The notes: a model not told the origin generated them from the sequence alone. A DNA stretch of 64,000 bases from an uncultured Aestuariivirga sp. (GCA_964604435.1 CAZRZB010000002.1:4252-68251), one strand, 5' to 3'. Positions 36,458-47,210 are shown, counted from the stretch's first letter. Translations and numbers: made by a program.

Positions 36458-38541
36458 ACAGCCCCAGTCGGCCCGACTCGCAGATGCCTGCCCAAACCGG
36501 CAGCACCGCAAATCTGCGTTGGCTGATCGCGTTTTCTTTGATTGCCGCTACATTCGGCATCGATGCCACCGGGGTCAAGATTCTCCCGGCGCCCCCGGAA
36601 CTGCTACCCCTCACGATCTGGATCACCGAACTGACGGACTGGTTCACGGTGAATTTCCGGGTTTATTTTCGTGCGATCACCTGGCTTCTGACAGGGCCCC
36701 TCTACGCCGTGCGCATTGTCTTCGACTGGCTTACATGGCCTTCGGTCATCGTGCTCGGCGCGGCGTTGGGCTACGCTGCAAAAGGGCCTCGACTGGCCGC
36801 GTTCTGCGTCGGAGCACTCGCCTACACGGTCATATGCGGCTACTGGCCGAAGACTGCGGTCACGCTGTCGATGGTGGCGGTGGCGGTGCCGGTTTCGATC
36901 ATGATCGGCTTGTTCGTCGGCATCCTCGCATGGCGCTCACCGACGGCTCGCCATGTCATCTCGCCGTTGACCGATCTGATGCAGACGGTTCCGACCTTTG
37001 CCTATCTGATCCCCATCCTCGTCCTTTTCGGAATCGGACCGGTTGTCGGCATGATCGCCAGCGCGATCTATGCGGTGCCGCCGATGATTCACAACGTCAG
37101 GCTGGGATTGCAGAGGACCCACCCGGAAATCATCGAGTCAGCGCAGATGTCGGGATCCACGCGGGGGCAGCTCCTCTGGTGGGTGATGATTCCCGCCGCG
37201 ATGCGAACCATCCTCGTCGGCGTCAATCAAACAGTGATGGCGGGACTGAGCATGGTCGTCATTGCCTCGATGGTCGGCGGTGTCGACGACATCGGCATCG
37301 AGGTGTTCCAGTCGATGAAGCAGGCAAAGTTCGGTGAAAGCTTCTTGTCGGGACTGGTCATCGTGCTCGTAGCTATTATCCTAGACCGGGTCTCGCGCGG
37401 ATTTGCCGCGACCAGCCTTGATCCGTCGGGGCGCCGTCCCGGGCCACGCTTCTGGACGGTAATTGTTGCGATCGTTTTCTTGTTGCAGACGCTCGCTCTC
37501 ATGATTCCGCAGATTGCCGAATATCCCCAAGAGTGGGTCTTGCAGCTTGCGCCGCCTTTCAACAGCGCCATGCAGTGGTTGACCGTCGTCGCCTTTCCTG
37601 TGACATCAGCGATCAAGACATGGATCGTGTTTGTCGTCCTCCTGCCGCTGAAAATTGGGTTTTCAGACAGCGTACGCCCCAGTTTCTGGGGTTTTGAGAT
37701 GGGGCCGAGGGTTGTTCTCGCTTTCGCTGCGGTGGCGTTATTCCTTGTCACCTTCGCCTGGCATCTTGGAGGAAAGTGGCTGGCACTTTGGGTTGCTATT
37801 GGCGCGACCCTCTATTTCAGCGGCACGACGGGCGTTCCTTGGCCGGCGATGGCCGCTCTCGTCGCCGGTCTCGCCTTTGCAGCCGGAGGCGCACGCCTTG
37901 CAGCTCTCGTCAGCGCCGGTCTGGTCTTCATCCTGGTGACCGGCTCCTGGACCAGCGCCATGATCTCTGTGCAGATCTGCCTGGTTGGCGTTGTGCTGTC
38001 CTTCCTGATCGGTACGGCGCTGGGTGTGGCGGCAGCATTGAACGATCGCTTTTCGGCGCTCATCGCTCCTGTCTGCGACACTCTGCAGACCATGCCGATC
38101 TTCGTCTTCCTAATTCCCGCCGTCATGGTTTTTCTGGTGGGCGAGTTCACCGCGCTTATCGCAATTGTCACGTATGCAATCGTGCCTTCAATTCGGTACG
38201 CGGAGCATGGCGTGCGCAACGTCCCTGCCGACATTGTCGAGGCAGCCCGTATGATAGGTACGACGCGCTGGCAAATGCTGGGGCAGGTCCAGCTTCCGGT
38301 GGCGGTGCCCGAAATCGCGTTGGGCCTCAACCAGACGATCACCATGGCTCTCGCCATGGTAATCGTGGCATCGCTCGTCGGCGCTCAGGGGCTTGGAACG
38401 GAAGTCATGATCGGCCTCAGCCGTGCCGACACAGGCCGCGGCCTGGTCGCGGGCCTCTGCGTCGCCATCATCGCTATCATTGCCGATCGAATTCTACAGG
38501 CTTGGTCCGCCTCCCGGAAGAAAGCACTCGGTCTCATCTGA
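36454..38541 (+). CDS. ProW-type permease with two fused transmembrane modules
   Basis: 695 aa; duplicated DLMQTVPTFAYLIP / DTLQTMPIFVFLIP and two EAA loops. Confidence 0.85.
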   Translation: MNSPSRPDSQMPAQTGSTANLRWLIAFSLIAATFGIDATGVKILPAPPELLPLTIWITELTDWFTVNFRVYFRAITWLLTGPLYAVRIVFDWLTWPSVIVLGAALGYAAKGPRLAAFCVGALAYTVICGYWPKTAVTLSMVAVAVPVSIMIGLFVGILAWRSPTARHVISPLTDLMQTVPTFAYLIPILVLFGIGPVVGMIASAIYAVPPMIHNVRLGLQRTHPEIIESAQMSGSTRGQLLWWVMIPAAMRTILVGVNQTVMAGLSMVVIASMVGGVDDIGIEVFQSMKQAKFGESFLSGLVIVLVAIILDRVSRGFAATSLDPSGRRPGPRFWTVIVAIVFLLQTLALMIPQIAEYPQEWVLQLAPPFNSAMQWLTVVAFPVTSAIKTWIVFVVLLPLKIGFSDSVRPSFWGFEMGPRVVLAFAAVALFLVTFAWHLGGKWLALWVAIGATLYFSGTTGVPWPAMAALVAGLAFAAGGARLAALVSAGLVFILVTGSWTSAMISVQICLVGVVLSFLIGTALGVAAALNDRFSALIAPVCDTLQTMPIFVFLIPAVMVFLVGEFTALIAIVTYAIVPSIRYAEHGVRNVPADIVEAARMIGTTRWQMLGQVQLPVAVPEIALGLNQTITMALAMVIVASLVGAQGLGTEVMIGLSRADTGRGLVAGLCVAIIAIIADRILQAWSASRKKALGLI

Positions 38542-38599
38542 TTTCGTGATGCAAATATCGCTAGAGATCGGGTTTCGCCGGCGCGCACTCCTTCAAGGT

Positions 38600-38800
38600 G
38601 CTGGATGGTGGAAGCACTGGCCGGTGGGACCTTGCGGCCTCCAGATGTTCCGTCGAGGCAATTAGTCCTCTCGCGGGATCGTGGTGGCGGTTGTGGCGAG
38701 GCTGCGGCAAGAGTGCTTCCCAGGCGATCCGGGTTGCTGATCGCTGGCGTTCCTTGATGCCGTGCGCAAGTCCATGCGGCCGATCCGTTCTACCATCGCG
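38600..38800 (+). mobile_element. ISL3-family transposase remnant
   Basis: Frame-shifted fragments SRDRGGG.GEAAAR, AIRVADRW and FLDAVRKSMRPIRSTI match the ISL3 DDE region. Confidence 0.6.
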
Positions 38801-39150
38801 CCACGGCCGTTAGCCCGTATCAGGTCATTCGCGCCCAAAAGCCCCGATCCAAAGGTTGTTTGCCCCGCGAAGAGACCAATGCATCATCAATATTGGTTGT
38901 TGAAATGCCGACGAAACCAGCCTCCAGAGCGCAATTCTGTTCAATGGCCTTCTTGTTGGCAAGTTTCCAGTTACTGCAATCATGGGAACCGAAGACAGTC
39001 GCGATGGCGATGACCCTAAACAGCATGACATCGGCCAGGGTCTCGACGACGTGGACAGCATTGATAAGTCTTTCGCCCCGTACCGCTCGAAGGATACATT
39101 GACAAATAAATCAATATTATTATGATAATTAAAATAATATAGAGTTTTTC

Positions 39151-39936
39151 ATGAAAAGATCCGGGAAAATCTCGAGACAGAAGCTGTCCGACAAGGTAGT
39201 TGACCGGGTCAAATTCTGGCTCATGTCCGAGAGTATGAAGCCGGGTGACCGGCTGCCTCAGGAGAAAGAGCTGGGCGAATTTCTCGGTGTCAGCCGCGGC
39301 ACCATCCGCGAAGCGCTGAAGGCCCTCGAAGTTCAGGGCATCATCCGGGTCGTGGCCGGCCGGTCCGGCGGGGCAGCGATTGCCGAAGTAACCTATGAAA
39401 CAGCTGCCAGTCTCCTCGGCAACTATTTCTATTTCAAGCATCTCACGGTGCAGCAGATCTATGATCTTCGCCGCCTTCTTGAACCTGAGATGGCGGTTTC
39501 GGTTGTGGATCACTTGACGGACGCCGACATCAGGGAACTCGAACGGTTGGTCATGTCCTGCGCCTTGACCGAAGACACGCCGGATTCGCGGCGCAAGCAG
39601 CGGCTGGATGAGCTTGAATTCCACAACGTGCTGGCGCGCCGAGCCCCAAACCCTCTGATCTCATTCAATTGCCAATTTATCAATCGGATGCTGGCTGAGC
39701 AGGTCGTGGTCAAGCGGATGTATCTGGAGCGCCAGGAACGGATCGATCAGGAGAATCATAGCTCGCACAGTGAACTCATCGAGGCTTACAAAGCCCGTGA
39801 CCCGGAGCGCGTGATGAAGGTAATGGCCCGTCACATGTGCGACTGCTCGCATCATGTTGTCGAGATGGGCGCCGTCGTCCGGCAACGCTTTCTAGTGGAT
39901 GATCCGGGAGCGCGGTTGCAGGATATGGTGAAATGA
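39151..39936 (+). CDS. FadR/GntR family regulator
   Basis: PGDRLPQEKELGEFLGVSRGTIREALKAL; FCD with ELEFHNVLA; AT-rich upstream region with TTGACA at 39099. Confidence 0.9.
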   Translation: MKRSGKISRQKLSDKVVDRVKFWLMSESMKPGDRLPQEKELGEFLGVSRGTIREALKALEVQGIIRVVAGRSGGAAIAEVTYETAASLLGNYFYFKHLTVQQIYDLRRLLEPEMAVSVVDHLTDADIRELERLVMSCALTEDTPDSRRKQRLDELEFHNVLARRAPNPLISFNCQFINRMLAEQVVVKRMYLERQERIDQENHSSHSELIEAYKARDPERVMKVMARHMCDCSHHVVEMGAVVRQRFLVDDPGARLQDMVK

Positions 39937-41465
39937 GCGCTCTTGCTCAATCCCTGACACCATCAACCAGTACTGGCGACGAAACAGTCCTCGCAATCCA
40001 CGGGCTGACAAAGTTTTTCCCCGGTGTTCTTGCGCTCGACAAGGTTGACTTCGATTTGCGGAGGGGCGAAGTACACGCTCTTCTTGGTGCTAATGGCGCT
40101 GGCAAGAGCACTCTCATCAAGGTTCTTACCGGCCTCTACCGGGCCGACGGCGGCAGTATTACTCTCTCCGGCCGTGAGGTGCAGTTTCACAATACCTCAG
40201 AGGCCATGGCTGCCGGCATACGTGTGATCTATCAGGATCCGGCGCTCATCCCTGACCTCACGGCCGCGGAGAATATCTTTTTAGGAAGTGAGCTGAAGAC
40301 CCGTCTGGGATTGATCGACTGGGCGGCGACCAGACAGGAAGCGGCGGCATTGCTCAATCTCGTCGGTGCTGAAGGGTTGGTTGACCGAAGCATCGCGGAG
40401 CTGGGAGCCGGACAAAGACAGCTCATCGAGATTGCGAAGGCTCTTCGTGGCGATGCGCGGGTCTTGGTCCTTGACGAGCCAACGGCCGCGCTCAGCCAGG
40501 GCGAGGCGGATCGCCTCTTTGACCTTCTGCGCAAACTATCCGCCCGTGGCGTGGGAATCATTTATGTCAGCCACCGGCTCGAGGAAATCGCGGCGCTGGC
40601 GCAACGCGTAACCATCCTGCGCGACGGGCGCTCCGCCGGGACCTTTCCAGCCGCCAGCCTGGACCGCAACAAGATCACCGCCCTGATCGCGGGGCAGGAG
40701 CGCCAGGTGCAGATGCGTTCTGAGCGCAGGGCATCTTCATCAGTTCCGCTTCTTGAACTTGCGGGCCTGTCCCGAAGCGGGGAGTTCGAACACATCAGCC
40801 TCTCCGTCTGTCCGGGCGAAGTTGTGGTGATCACCGGATTGGTGGGCGCCGGCCGAACTGAGCTGCTTGAGACGGTATTCGGAAAACGGCGACCCGACAG
40901 CGGCCAGATCCGAGTTTCTGCAAAGCCAATCGAAATCAGCACTCCGAGCGAGGCAATCTCCGCCGGTTTGGCCCTGATACCGGAAGACCGCCGCGGACAA
41001 GGCATCGCTGTCGTCCTTTCCATATGCGAGAATATCACACTCCCAATCCTTCGCCGATTCGTGGGGTATTTTGGATTGTCCAAACGCCGGCAGCTCGCTC
41101 ATGCGGATGAGATGATATCCAAGCTCAACATCAAAACGCCCTCCGCGACAACCTTGGCCGGGACCCTTTCGGGCGGAAACCAGCAGAAAGTCGTTCTTGC
41201 CAAGTGGCTGTCCACCAACGCGCAAATCCTGCTCTTCGACGAGCCAACACAGGGTGTCGATGTCGGTGCCAAGAGCGAATTGTATGGGCTAATCGATCAG
41301 CTTGCACGCGAAGGACACGCAATTCTCGTAGCGTCTTCCGATCTTGAAGAGGTCCTCTCAATTGGTGATCGCGTCATAGCGATGCGAGAGGGCCGCATTG
41401 TCGAAGCCTTCGATCACTCGCGCCTGTCCGCGCAAGCGATCATAAACGCAATCACGCACGGGTAA
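39933..41465 (+). CDS. Sugar (CUT2) ABC ATP-binding protein
   Basis: GANGAGKS, two NBDs, IPEDRR, LSGGNQQKVVLAKW. Confidence 0.9.
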   Translation: MSALAQSLTPSTSTGDETVLAIHGLTKFFPGVLALDKVDFDLRRGEVHALLGANGAGKSTLIKVLTGLYRADGGSITLSGREVQFHNTSEAMAAGIRVIYQDPALIPDLTAAENIFLGSELKTRLGLIDWAATRQEAAALLNLVGAEGLVDRSIAELGAGQRQLIEIAKALRGDARVLVLDEPTAALSQGEADRLFDLLRKLSARGVGIIYVSHRLEEIAALAQRVTILRDGRSAGTFPAASLDRNKITALIAGQERQVQMRSERRASSSVPLLELAGLSRSGEFEHISLSVCPGEVVVITGLVGAGRTELLETVFGKRRPDSGQIRVSAKPIEISTPSEAISAGLALIPEDRRGQGIAVVLSICENITLPILRRFVGYFGLSKRRQLAHADEMISKLNIKTPSATTLAGTLSGGNQQKVVLAKWLSTNAQILLFDEPTQGVDVGAKSELYGLIDQLAREGHAILVASSDLEEVLSIGDRVIAMREGRIVEAFDHSRLSAQAIINAITHG

Positions 41466-41469
41466 GCCA

Positions 41470-42444
41470 ATGTCTGCCAGCGCACAATCGAAGATCACAT
41501 CCACATTCTCGAGAATCGATCCGGCGGTGATCGGGCCAGGTGTTTCCCTGATGCTCATGTTCGCCGTCTACTCAATGGCAAGCCCGTATTTTCTAACCTC
41601 GCAGAACGTGACAAACGTTCTTGTTCAGAGTGCGCCTCTACTCATCCTTGCGACGGGCCAGACTTTTGCCCTTCTGATGGGCGGGCTCGATCTATCCCAG
41701 GGCTCAATCATCAGCCTGGTCAGTGTGGTGACCGCGGCTGTCATGATGAAATACGGTCTGGTTCCCGCGGCGATTGTTGGGATTGGCTCCGGGATATTCA
41801 TCGGCGTCGTCAACGGCCTACTGATCGGCTTTGCCCGTATCCAGCCATTCATCGTCACTCTCGGCATGCTTTACCTTGTTGCGGGCTTGGCGCTGCTGAT
41901 TTCAGGCGGCGCGACGGTGTTTGGCCTGCCGGAAGCGGATGTCGATCGGTTCTTCTGGTTCGGCGGCGGTTTCATCGGACCGCTTCCTGTTCCGGTCCTG
42001 ATTGCTGGTGTCCTGCTGGCCGCCGCCCATATCATACTGACGCGGACTCCAGTTGGACGGCACGTCTACGCAATTGGCGGCAATGAACAGGTCGCCATCA
42101 TGTCAGGCATTGATGCGGGAAGAACCAAGATATTCATTTACTTCATCAGTGGAACATTCGCGGCGATATCTGGGTTCATCCTGAGCGGCCGGGTCATTTC
42201 CGGCCAGCCGCTGCTCGGTTCTGGCGATCTGCTCCTGCAATCCATCGGCGCCGTTATCATCGGCGGAACCAGCATCTTCGGCGGCCGTGGCAGCGTACTC
42301 AGGACCTTGCTTGGAGTCCTGGTCATTGCCTTCATGGTCAATGGCCTCAACCTATTGGCGATCTCGACGTTTACCCAACAGGTGATCGTTGGAGCCATCA
42401 TCATTCTCTCAGCGTGGATCAACAGCTTGAGGCGTTTGCGGTGA
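41470..42444 (+). CDS. Sugar ABC permease (RbsC-like)
   Basis: GGLDLS, PFIVTLGM, GRHVYAIGGNE, IIGGTSIFGGRG. Confidence 0.9.
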   Translation: MSASAQSKITSTFSRIDPAVIGPGVSLMLMFAVYSMASPYFLTSQNVTNVLVQSAPLLILATGQTFALLMGGLDLSQGSIISLVSVVTAAVMMKYGLVPAAIVGIGSGIFIGVVNGLLIGFARIQPFIVTLGMLYLVAGLALLISGGATVFGLPEADVDRFFWFGGGFIGPLPVPVLIAGVLLAAAHIILTRTPVGRHVYAIGGNEQVAIMSGIDAGRTKIFIYFISGTFAAISGFILSGRVISGQPLLGSGDLLLQSIGAVIIGGTSIFGGRGSVLRTLLGVLVIAFMVNGLNLLAISTFTQQVIVGAIIILSAWINSLRRLR

Positions 42445-42516
42445 GAGAAACAGGGACCAGTTCTGTTCACATGAGACTGGTTCTACACGAGGAAAGCAAA
42501 AGAAAGGGAGAAGAAA

Positions 42517-43488
42517 ATGAAGATCAAGTCACTATTCGGAATGACCGCGCTCGCCGTCATGGCAGTCGTGGCATCCATCGGCGGCATCAGCTCCGCTACG
42601 GCGCAGGAAAAGGAAATCGCCGTGATGCTACCCGCAGCAGGCGACCCGTACTTCAAGATGAAAGCCTATGGCTACATCGACGAAGGCAAGAAGGCCGGTT
42701 ACACCGTTAACGTCTATGACGCGGGCGGCTACGGCAATCTGCAAAAGCAGGTTTCGCAGATCGAGGATGTCATCCAGCGAAAGGTCGCTGGAATCGTGCT
42801 CGTGCCGGCGAGCTCGGATGGCACAGTGCCGGTCGTGGAAAAGGCCATTGCTGCGGGTATTCCGGTTATCAACGACGGTATCGCAACGAAGTCAGACAAG
42901 ATTACCGGATTTGTTGGTGAGCCATCATATGTGATGACGGAACTCCTGGCCGCCTACGCGGCTGACAAGCTTGAAGGCAAGGGTGACCTCGCCATGCTGT
43001 CGGGTCCGAGCGGGCTTGATCTCACGCGCTTCCGCGTCGATGGTTTCAAGGACTACGTCAGCAAGTTCCCGGGGATGAAGGTCGTCGCCGAAAAATTCAC
43101 GTCGACAGCAACGGCTGAGGCCCTGACCACCATGCAGGACTTCCTGCAGTCGCAACCGAACATCAAGGCTGTATATGCGTTCAACGGCCCAATCGCCATC
43201 GGTGCCGTGCAGGCGCTGCGGGCGGCTGGCAAGCAGCCGGGCGATGTACTGGTTCTGACGACCGACATGGAACCGGAGACCGAGCGGCTCATCAAGGATG
43301 GCTGGATTGCGGCAACAGTGGTCAGTCAGCCTGTCACCATGGCTCGGCTCGCCGTGCAGCGCGCCATTGAGGCTGCGGAGGGCAAGACGATCCCGAAGGA
43401 GACCTTGACCCAGGCCACGATGATAACGAAGGCCAATATGGGCGTGGTCGATTTGTCCGGCCAGGCAGTACCGGCCGACTGGCAATAA
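42517..43488 (+). CDS. Sugar ABC substrate-binding protein (RbsB-like)
   Basis: Signal peptide; DPYF, QVSQIEDVI, AGIPVI, ATVVSQP. Confidence 0.85.
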   Translation: MKIKSLFGMTALAVMAVVASIGGISSATAQEKEIAVMLPAAGDPYFKMKAYGYIDEGKKAGYTVNVYDAGGYGNLQKQVSQIEDVIQRKVAGIVLVPASSDGTVPVVEKAIAAGIPVINDGIATKSDKITGFVGEPSYVMTELLAAYAADKLEGKGDLAMLSGPSGLDLTRFRVDGFKDYVSKFPGMKVVAEKFTSTATAEALTTMQDFLQSQPNIKAVYAFNGPIAIGAVQALRAAGKQPGDVLVLTTDMEPETERLIKDGWIAATVVSQPVTMARLAVQRAIEAAEGKTIPKETLTQATMITKANMGVVDLSGQAVPADWQ

Positions 43489-43546
43489 CGTGCACTGCGG
43501 TGGCTCCCTGGGGGGCCACCGCTCACTCTCTCCAAAAGAGGCAAAG

Positions 43547-44734
43547 ATGTTCAAGCACCGCTTCGAAGGTACCGCAATTCCAAAGACCATCATCAGCGGT
43601 CTTGGCTCACGCAGTGAGATTGCGACTGAGATCAGGCGTCTCGGACTTCGCCGGATCGTGCTGGTATGCAGCGGCAGTCTCAAGGCGAACACACCATTCA
43701 TTGCCGAAATTACGGCAGCACTTTCAGATTATCTCGTGGACGTGATCGACAGGATTGAGCCGAACACACCTGTCGCTGCCGTAAACAAGGTCGTGGAACG
43801 CGTAGGGCCACTCCGGCCAGATGCCGTCATTTCAGTTGGCGGTGGTGCGGTTCATGACATGGCCAAGGCAGCAGCCGTAATGGTTCCCAGCGGCCGCAGC
43901 ATCACGGAGTTTGTCAGCCGCTTCGAGCCACCTTCGACATTTCATGCACCCAAGATTGATGTTGATCCCCTTCCAGTTCTCACCCTGCCAACGACATTTT
44001 CGGCCGCGGACGTGGTCGGCGGCGGAGCAGTCACAGATACGGACCACGGCGAGAAGCTGATTTTTGTTCACCCAAAATTGACGCCAACGTGTGTCTTTCT
44101 GGACGGTGAAATGGTCGCCTCAACGCCACGTGGTATCCTGGCAGCAAGTGGCATGAACGCCGTACATCATTGTCTAGAGGCATATTATTCGCGCGGCGCG
44201 CAGCCGATCACCGACGCTCTGGCGATGGGGGCGTTACGAGGACTCCTGGAACACCTGCCGTCGCTCGCGCCTGATCGCGCCCCTCCAGGACTTGAGCGTT
44301 ATCAATTGGCAATTGAACATTCTTCAATGTCAGGACTCACCTACGCCAACTCATGGCTCGGCATCGGCCATTCTGTCTGCCACAGTCTTGGGGGCCGCTA
44401 TGGCCTCTCGCATGGCCGGGCTAACTCCGTCATGGTATTGCACAGCCTGAAGTTCAATTTTAAAGCAGCGATGCCTCGGATCGCCGACGCAGCGCGTCGC
44501 TGCGGCGTGTCCTCAAGCGAAGACGACCGGAAAGCTGCCGCCGCACTTGTGGATGCGGTGGATGGGCTGTCGGAGAGGCTCGGGACGCCGAGGTCTCTCT
44601 CGGCGATCGGGCTTCCAGCCGGGCAATTCGACCGGATTGCGGATGACGTGATGGCAGATCCCCAGACCTATTGGAACCCCCGTCGGGCAGACAAGGCAGA
44701 GATCATTGCCTGGCTCGAGTCTGCCTGGTCCTGA
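43547..44734 (+). CDS. Iron-containing alcohol dehydrogenase / maleylacetate reductase family
   Basis: SVGGGAVHD, LPTTFS, SGMNAVHHCLEA, GHSVCHSLGG..LSHG, YWNPR. Confidence 0.85.
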   Translation: MFKHRFEGTAIPKTIISGLGSRSEIATEIRRLGLRRIVLVCSGSLKANTPFIAEITAALSDYLVDVIDRIEPNTPVAAVNKVVERVGPLRPDAVISVGGGAVHDMAKAAAVMVPSGRSITEFVSRFEPPSTFHAPKIDVDPLPVLTLPTTFSAADVVGGGAVTDTDHGEKLIFVHPKLTPTCVFLDGEMVASTPRGILAASGMNAVHHCLEAYYSRGAQPITDALAMGALRGLLEHLPSLAPDRAPPGLERYQLAIEHSSMSGLTYANSWLGIGHSVCHSLGGRYGLSHGRANSVMVLHSLKFNFKAAMPRIADAARRCGVSSSEDDRKAAAALVDAVDGLSERLGTPRSLSAIGLPAGQFDRIADDVMADPQTYWNPRRADKAEIIAWLESAWS

Positions 44735-44762
44735 ATGCTTGCAGCAGAGAGAGTTGGAGGTC

Positions 44763-46280
44763 ATGACAATCCTCGTAAATGAGCGTATCAAATTACTGCG
44801 CATGGCATTCCCGGGGTTGCAGACTGGCGCATTGCCGCTGTGGATCGATGGCCAATGGGCTCCTGCATCACCGCAACGGCTTATGCAATGCATTGACCCA
44901 ACTGTCGCTGTGCCACTGATCGACGTCGCAGTCGCCGGCCCCGCTGAAATCGAAAGGGCAGTCGTTGCCGCAACAATTGCCCAGAAACTCTGGTGGGAAA
45001 GCGATGGTCAGGACCGTGCCCGGGTCCTGAGAAGGATTGCCGATGGAATTCGCTCCCGAAAAGAGGCGCTTGGCACCCTCGACTCGCTGGATGCGGGCCG
45101 GCCCATACGGGATACGGTTGCCCGTGATGTGGAGCGCGCCGCCAGAATATTCGAATTCTTCGCCGGCATGACCGATCGCTTGCGGGGCGCGCTGGTACCC
45201 GTGCAGCCTGGGCGAACCAATTTCACCGAATATGAACCGATCGGACTAGTGGGCGCCATCACACCATGGAACTATCCCCTCACGAACGCCGCAGGAAAGA
45301 TAGCGCCGGCACTTGCAACAGGTAATGCTGTTCTCCTCAAGCCAGCAGAGCAGACGCCGCTTTCTGCGCTCCTGCTTGCGCTGGTCGCCCATGAGTCCGG
45401 CTTGCCGCCGGGCCTGCTGAACGTGCTCAATGGTCCAGGCGAGCTGACAGGAGAGGCCATTGTTGCCAACGACAGGATCGGCAAGATTGCTTTCACCGGT
45501 TCTACGGCCGTCGGCCGGCATGTCGCGGGACTTGCGTCCCAGAACATGAAATCAGTGACCCTTGAGCTCGGGGGCAAGACGGGCTTCGTTGTTTTTGCGG
45601 ATGCCGATCTCGAAAGAGCCGCGGATGCGCTTGTCTTTTCGGCATTGAATAATGCCGGCCAGACTTGCACGGCCGCGTCCCGGCTCCTGGTTGAGGAATC
45701 AATTTCCGACTCATTCCTGAAACTCGTTTCAAATCGGATCAACAGTATTGCAATCGGCGATCCACTCGAACCGGGGACCCAGGTTGGTCCGCTCATTTCG
45801 GCGAAGCAGAAGGAGGCTGTCGTCGCTTACTGCAGGTCGGCCACCGCGGCCGGGATCAGGCAAACCACGCTGGAACAGCGATCAATCCCGGAACAGGGCT
45901 ATTTCGTCGAGCCCAAACTGTTTCTTGATGTCGATCCGTACTCCCAACTCGCTCAAGACGAAATATTTGGGCCAGTTGTCGCCCACATGACCTTCAAGAC
46001 CGAAGGCGAGGCAGCAGATCTCGTCAACGGAACCAGGTACGGCCTCGCTACGACGATCTGGACACAAGATGTCACGCGAGCGCTGAGCATGTCGCGGTGT
46101 TCCAAAAGCGGCCTTGTCTGGGTGAACAACGTCCATACACTGCATCCCGGTTCTCCATATGGCGGCTACAAGAGCAGCGGCATCGGCACGGAGATGGGTG
46201 ATGAATGCATCCGCCAACACATGAAGTTGAAAAGCATCTGGATTGATGAGGGGAAATGGCAAAGCCCCTGGGCTCAATAG
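44763..46280 (+). CDS. Aldehyde dehydrogenase
   Basis: ITPWNYP, KPAEQTP, FTGST, LELGGK, AGQTC, EIFGPV, PYGGYKSSG. Confidence 0.92.
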   Translation: MTILVNERIKLLRMAFPGLQTGALPLWIDGQWAPASPQRLMQCIDPTVAVPLIDVAVAGPAEIERAVVAATIAQKLWWESDGQDRARVLRRIADGIRSRKEALGTLDSLDAGRPIRDTVARDVERAARIFEFFAGMTDRLRGALVPVQPGRTNFTEYEPIGLVGAITPWNYPLTNAAGKIAPALATGNAVLLKPAEQTPLSALLLALVAHESGLPPGLLNVLNGPGELTGEAIVANDRIGKIAFTGSTAVGRHVAGLASQNMKSVTLELGGKTGFVVFADADLERAADALVFSALNNAGQTCTAASRLLVEESISDSFLKLVSNRINSIAIGDPLEPGTQVGPLISAKQKEAVVAYCRSATAAGIRQTTLEQRSIPEQGYFVEPKLFLDVDPYSQLAQDEIFGPVVAHMTFKTEGEAADLVNGTRYGLATTIWTQDVTRALSMSRCSKSGLVWVNNVHTLHPGSPYGGYKSSGIGTEMGDECIRQHMKLKSIWIDEGKWQSPWAQ

Positions 46281-46488
46281 AAATGCGTCCGGCTATAAGG
46301 AACACATGGCCATTCCCTGTATTTACGATGCCAGTAGCGCATCATAATTCGGGACATGATCATTGAACTTGGTCCCGGCGTCGATATTTTGGTCGCTGAC
46401 GCCGGCAATTCGGGCGGCAACTCGCCGGGCGCACCATTGGCATCGCGGTTCGTCTTGCCCTCCCTCTCCGCAATGCGCGATCGTCGCT

Positions 46489-47127
46489 TCACTTCGCTGA
46501 CTTCTTGGGGGAGCGCCTCTTGACTGACTGCAGAATTGTACTGTCGGACTGGCAAGCCAGCACCATGGTCAGGTAACCACGACAGACAGTGCGTGCCAGT
46601 TCCAGCCGAACCGCATCAGGGTCGATTGCCTGGCGCAACCAGAAACCGTCGATCAGTGCGTAGAGCCCCACTGCGACTTCCTCGGCGTGTGCGTGTGGGA
46701 TGAGATTATTGAGCGCGTAGAGGATGTTGGACCGGAAGCGTCGGTTGATGGCTTGCTGGAGCCGCGCAAAGCGAGGGTTGTTCGGTACCTGCATCCAAAA
46801 ATGCAGCCAGGCCAGCAGCGCATCGGGACGAAAATTCTCCACCGTCAGACAACCGTCAATGATGGCGTGCAACCGATCGAGCGGGCTGGGCTCGCTCGGC
46901 ATCAAATTTCGAATTGTAAGCGCTAGGTCTTTAGCAAGACGGCGAAGTGTTATCTCGAGCAGTTCATCCTTGCCTTCGAAATAATGATTGACGAGGCCCG
47001 GGGACACGCCAGCCTGGGCGGCAATGGTTGAAAGGGTTGTGTCGGACAACCCGAGTTCTGCGATCGAGGCAATGGTTGCATCAATCAACTCGTTACGGCG
47101 GAAATCGCGAATCTTAAGCCTGGCCAT
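46489..47127 (-). CDS. betI: BetI-type TetR repressor
   Basis: RRNELIDAT...AGVSPGLVNHYFEGKDELLE, AWLHFW, RLQ..NRRFRSN, ALIDGFWLR. Confidence 0.8.
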   Translation of the reverse strand: MARLKIRDFRRNELIDATIASIAELGLSDTTLSTIAAQAGVSPGLVNHYFEGKDELLEITLRRLAKDLALTIRNLMPSEPSPLDRLHAIIDGCLTVENFRPDALLAWLHFWMQVPNNPRFARLQQAINRRFRSNILYALNNLIPHAHAEEVAVGLYALIDGFWLRQAIDPDAVRLELARTVCRGYLTMVLACQSDSTILQSVKRRSPKKSAK

Positions 47128-47184
47128 TTGGAATCAAAACTCCAGAGAAGAGTTTGCCATTGAAGACATGACAGACACGAGAGA

Positions 47185-47210
47185 ATAATTTGTTCAACCA
47201 TACAATTTAT
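47185..47210. promoter_or_regulatory. Imperfect inverted repeat, candidate BetI operator
   Basis: ATAATTTGT-TCAACCAT-ACAATTTAT in the divergent promoter region. Confidence 0.4.

Noticed and set aside
46355-46450. Possible SDR fragment (ELGPGVDILVADAGNSGGNSP)
   Set aside because: Too short to distinguish from chance without a search.
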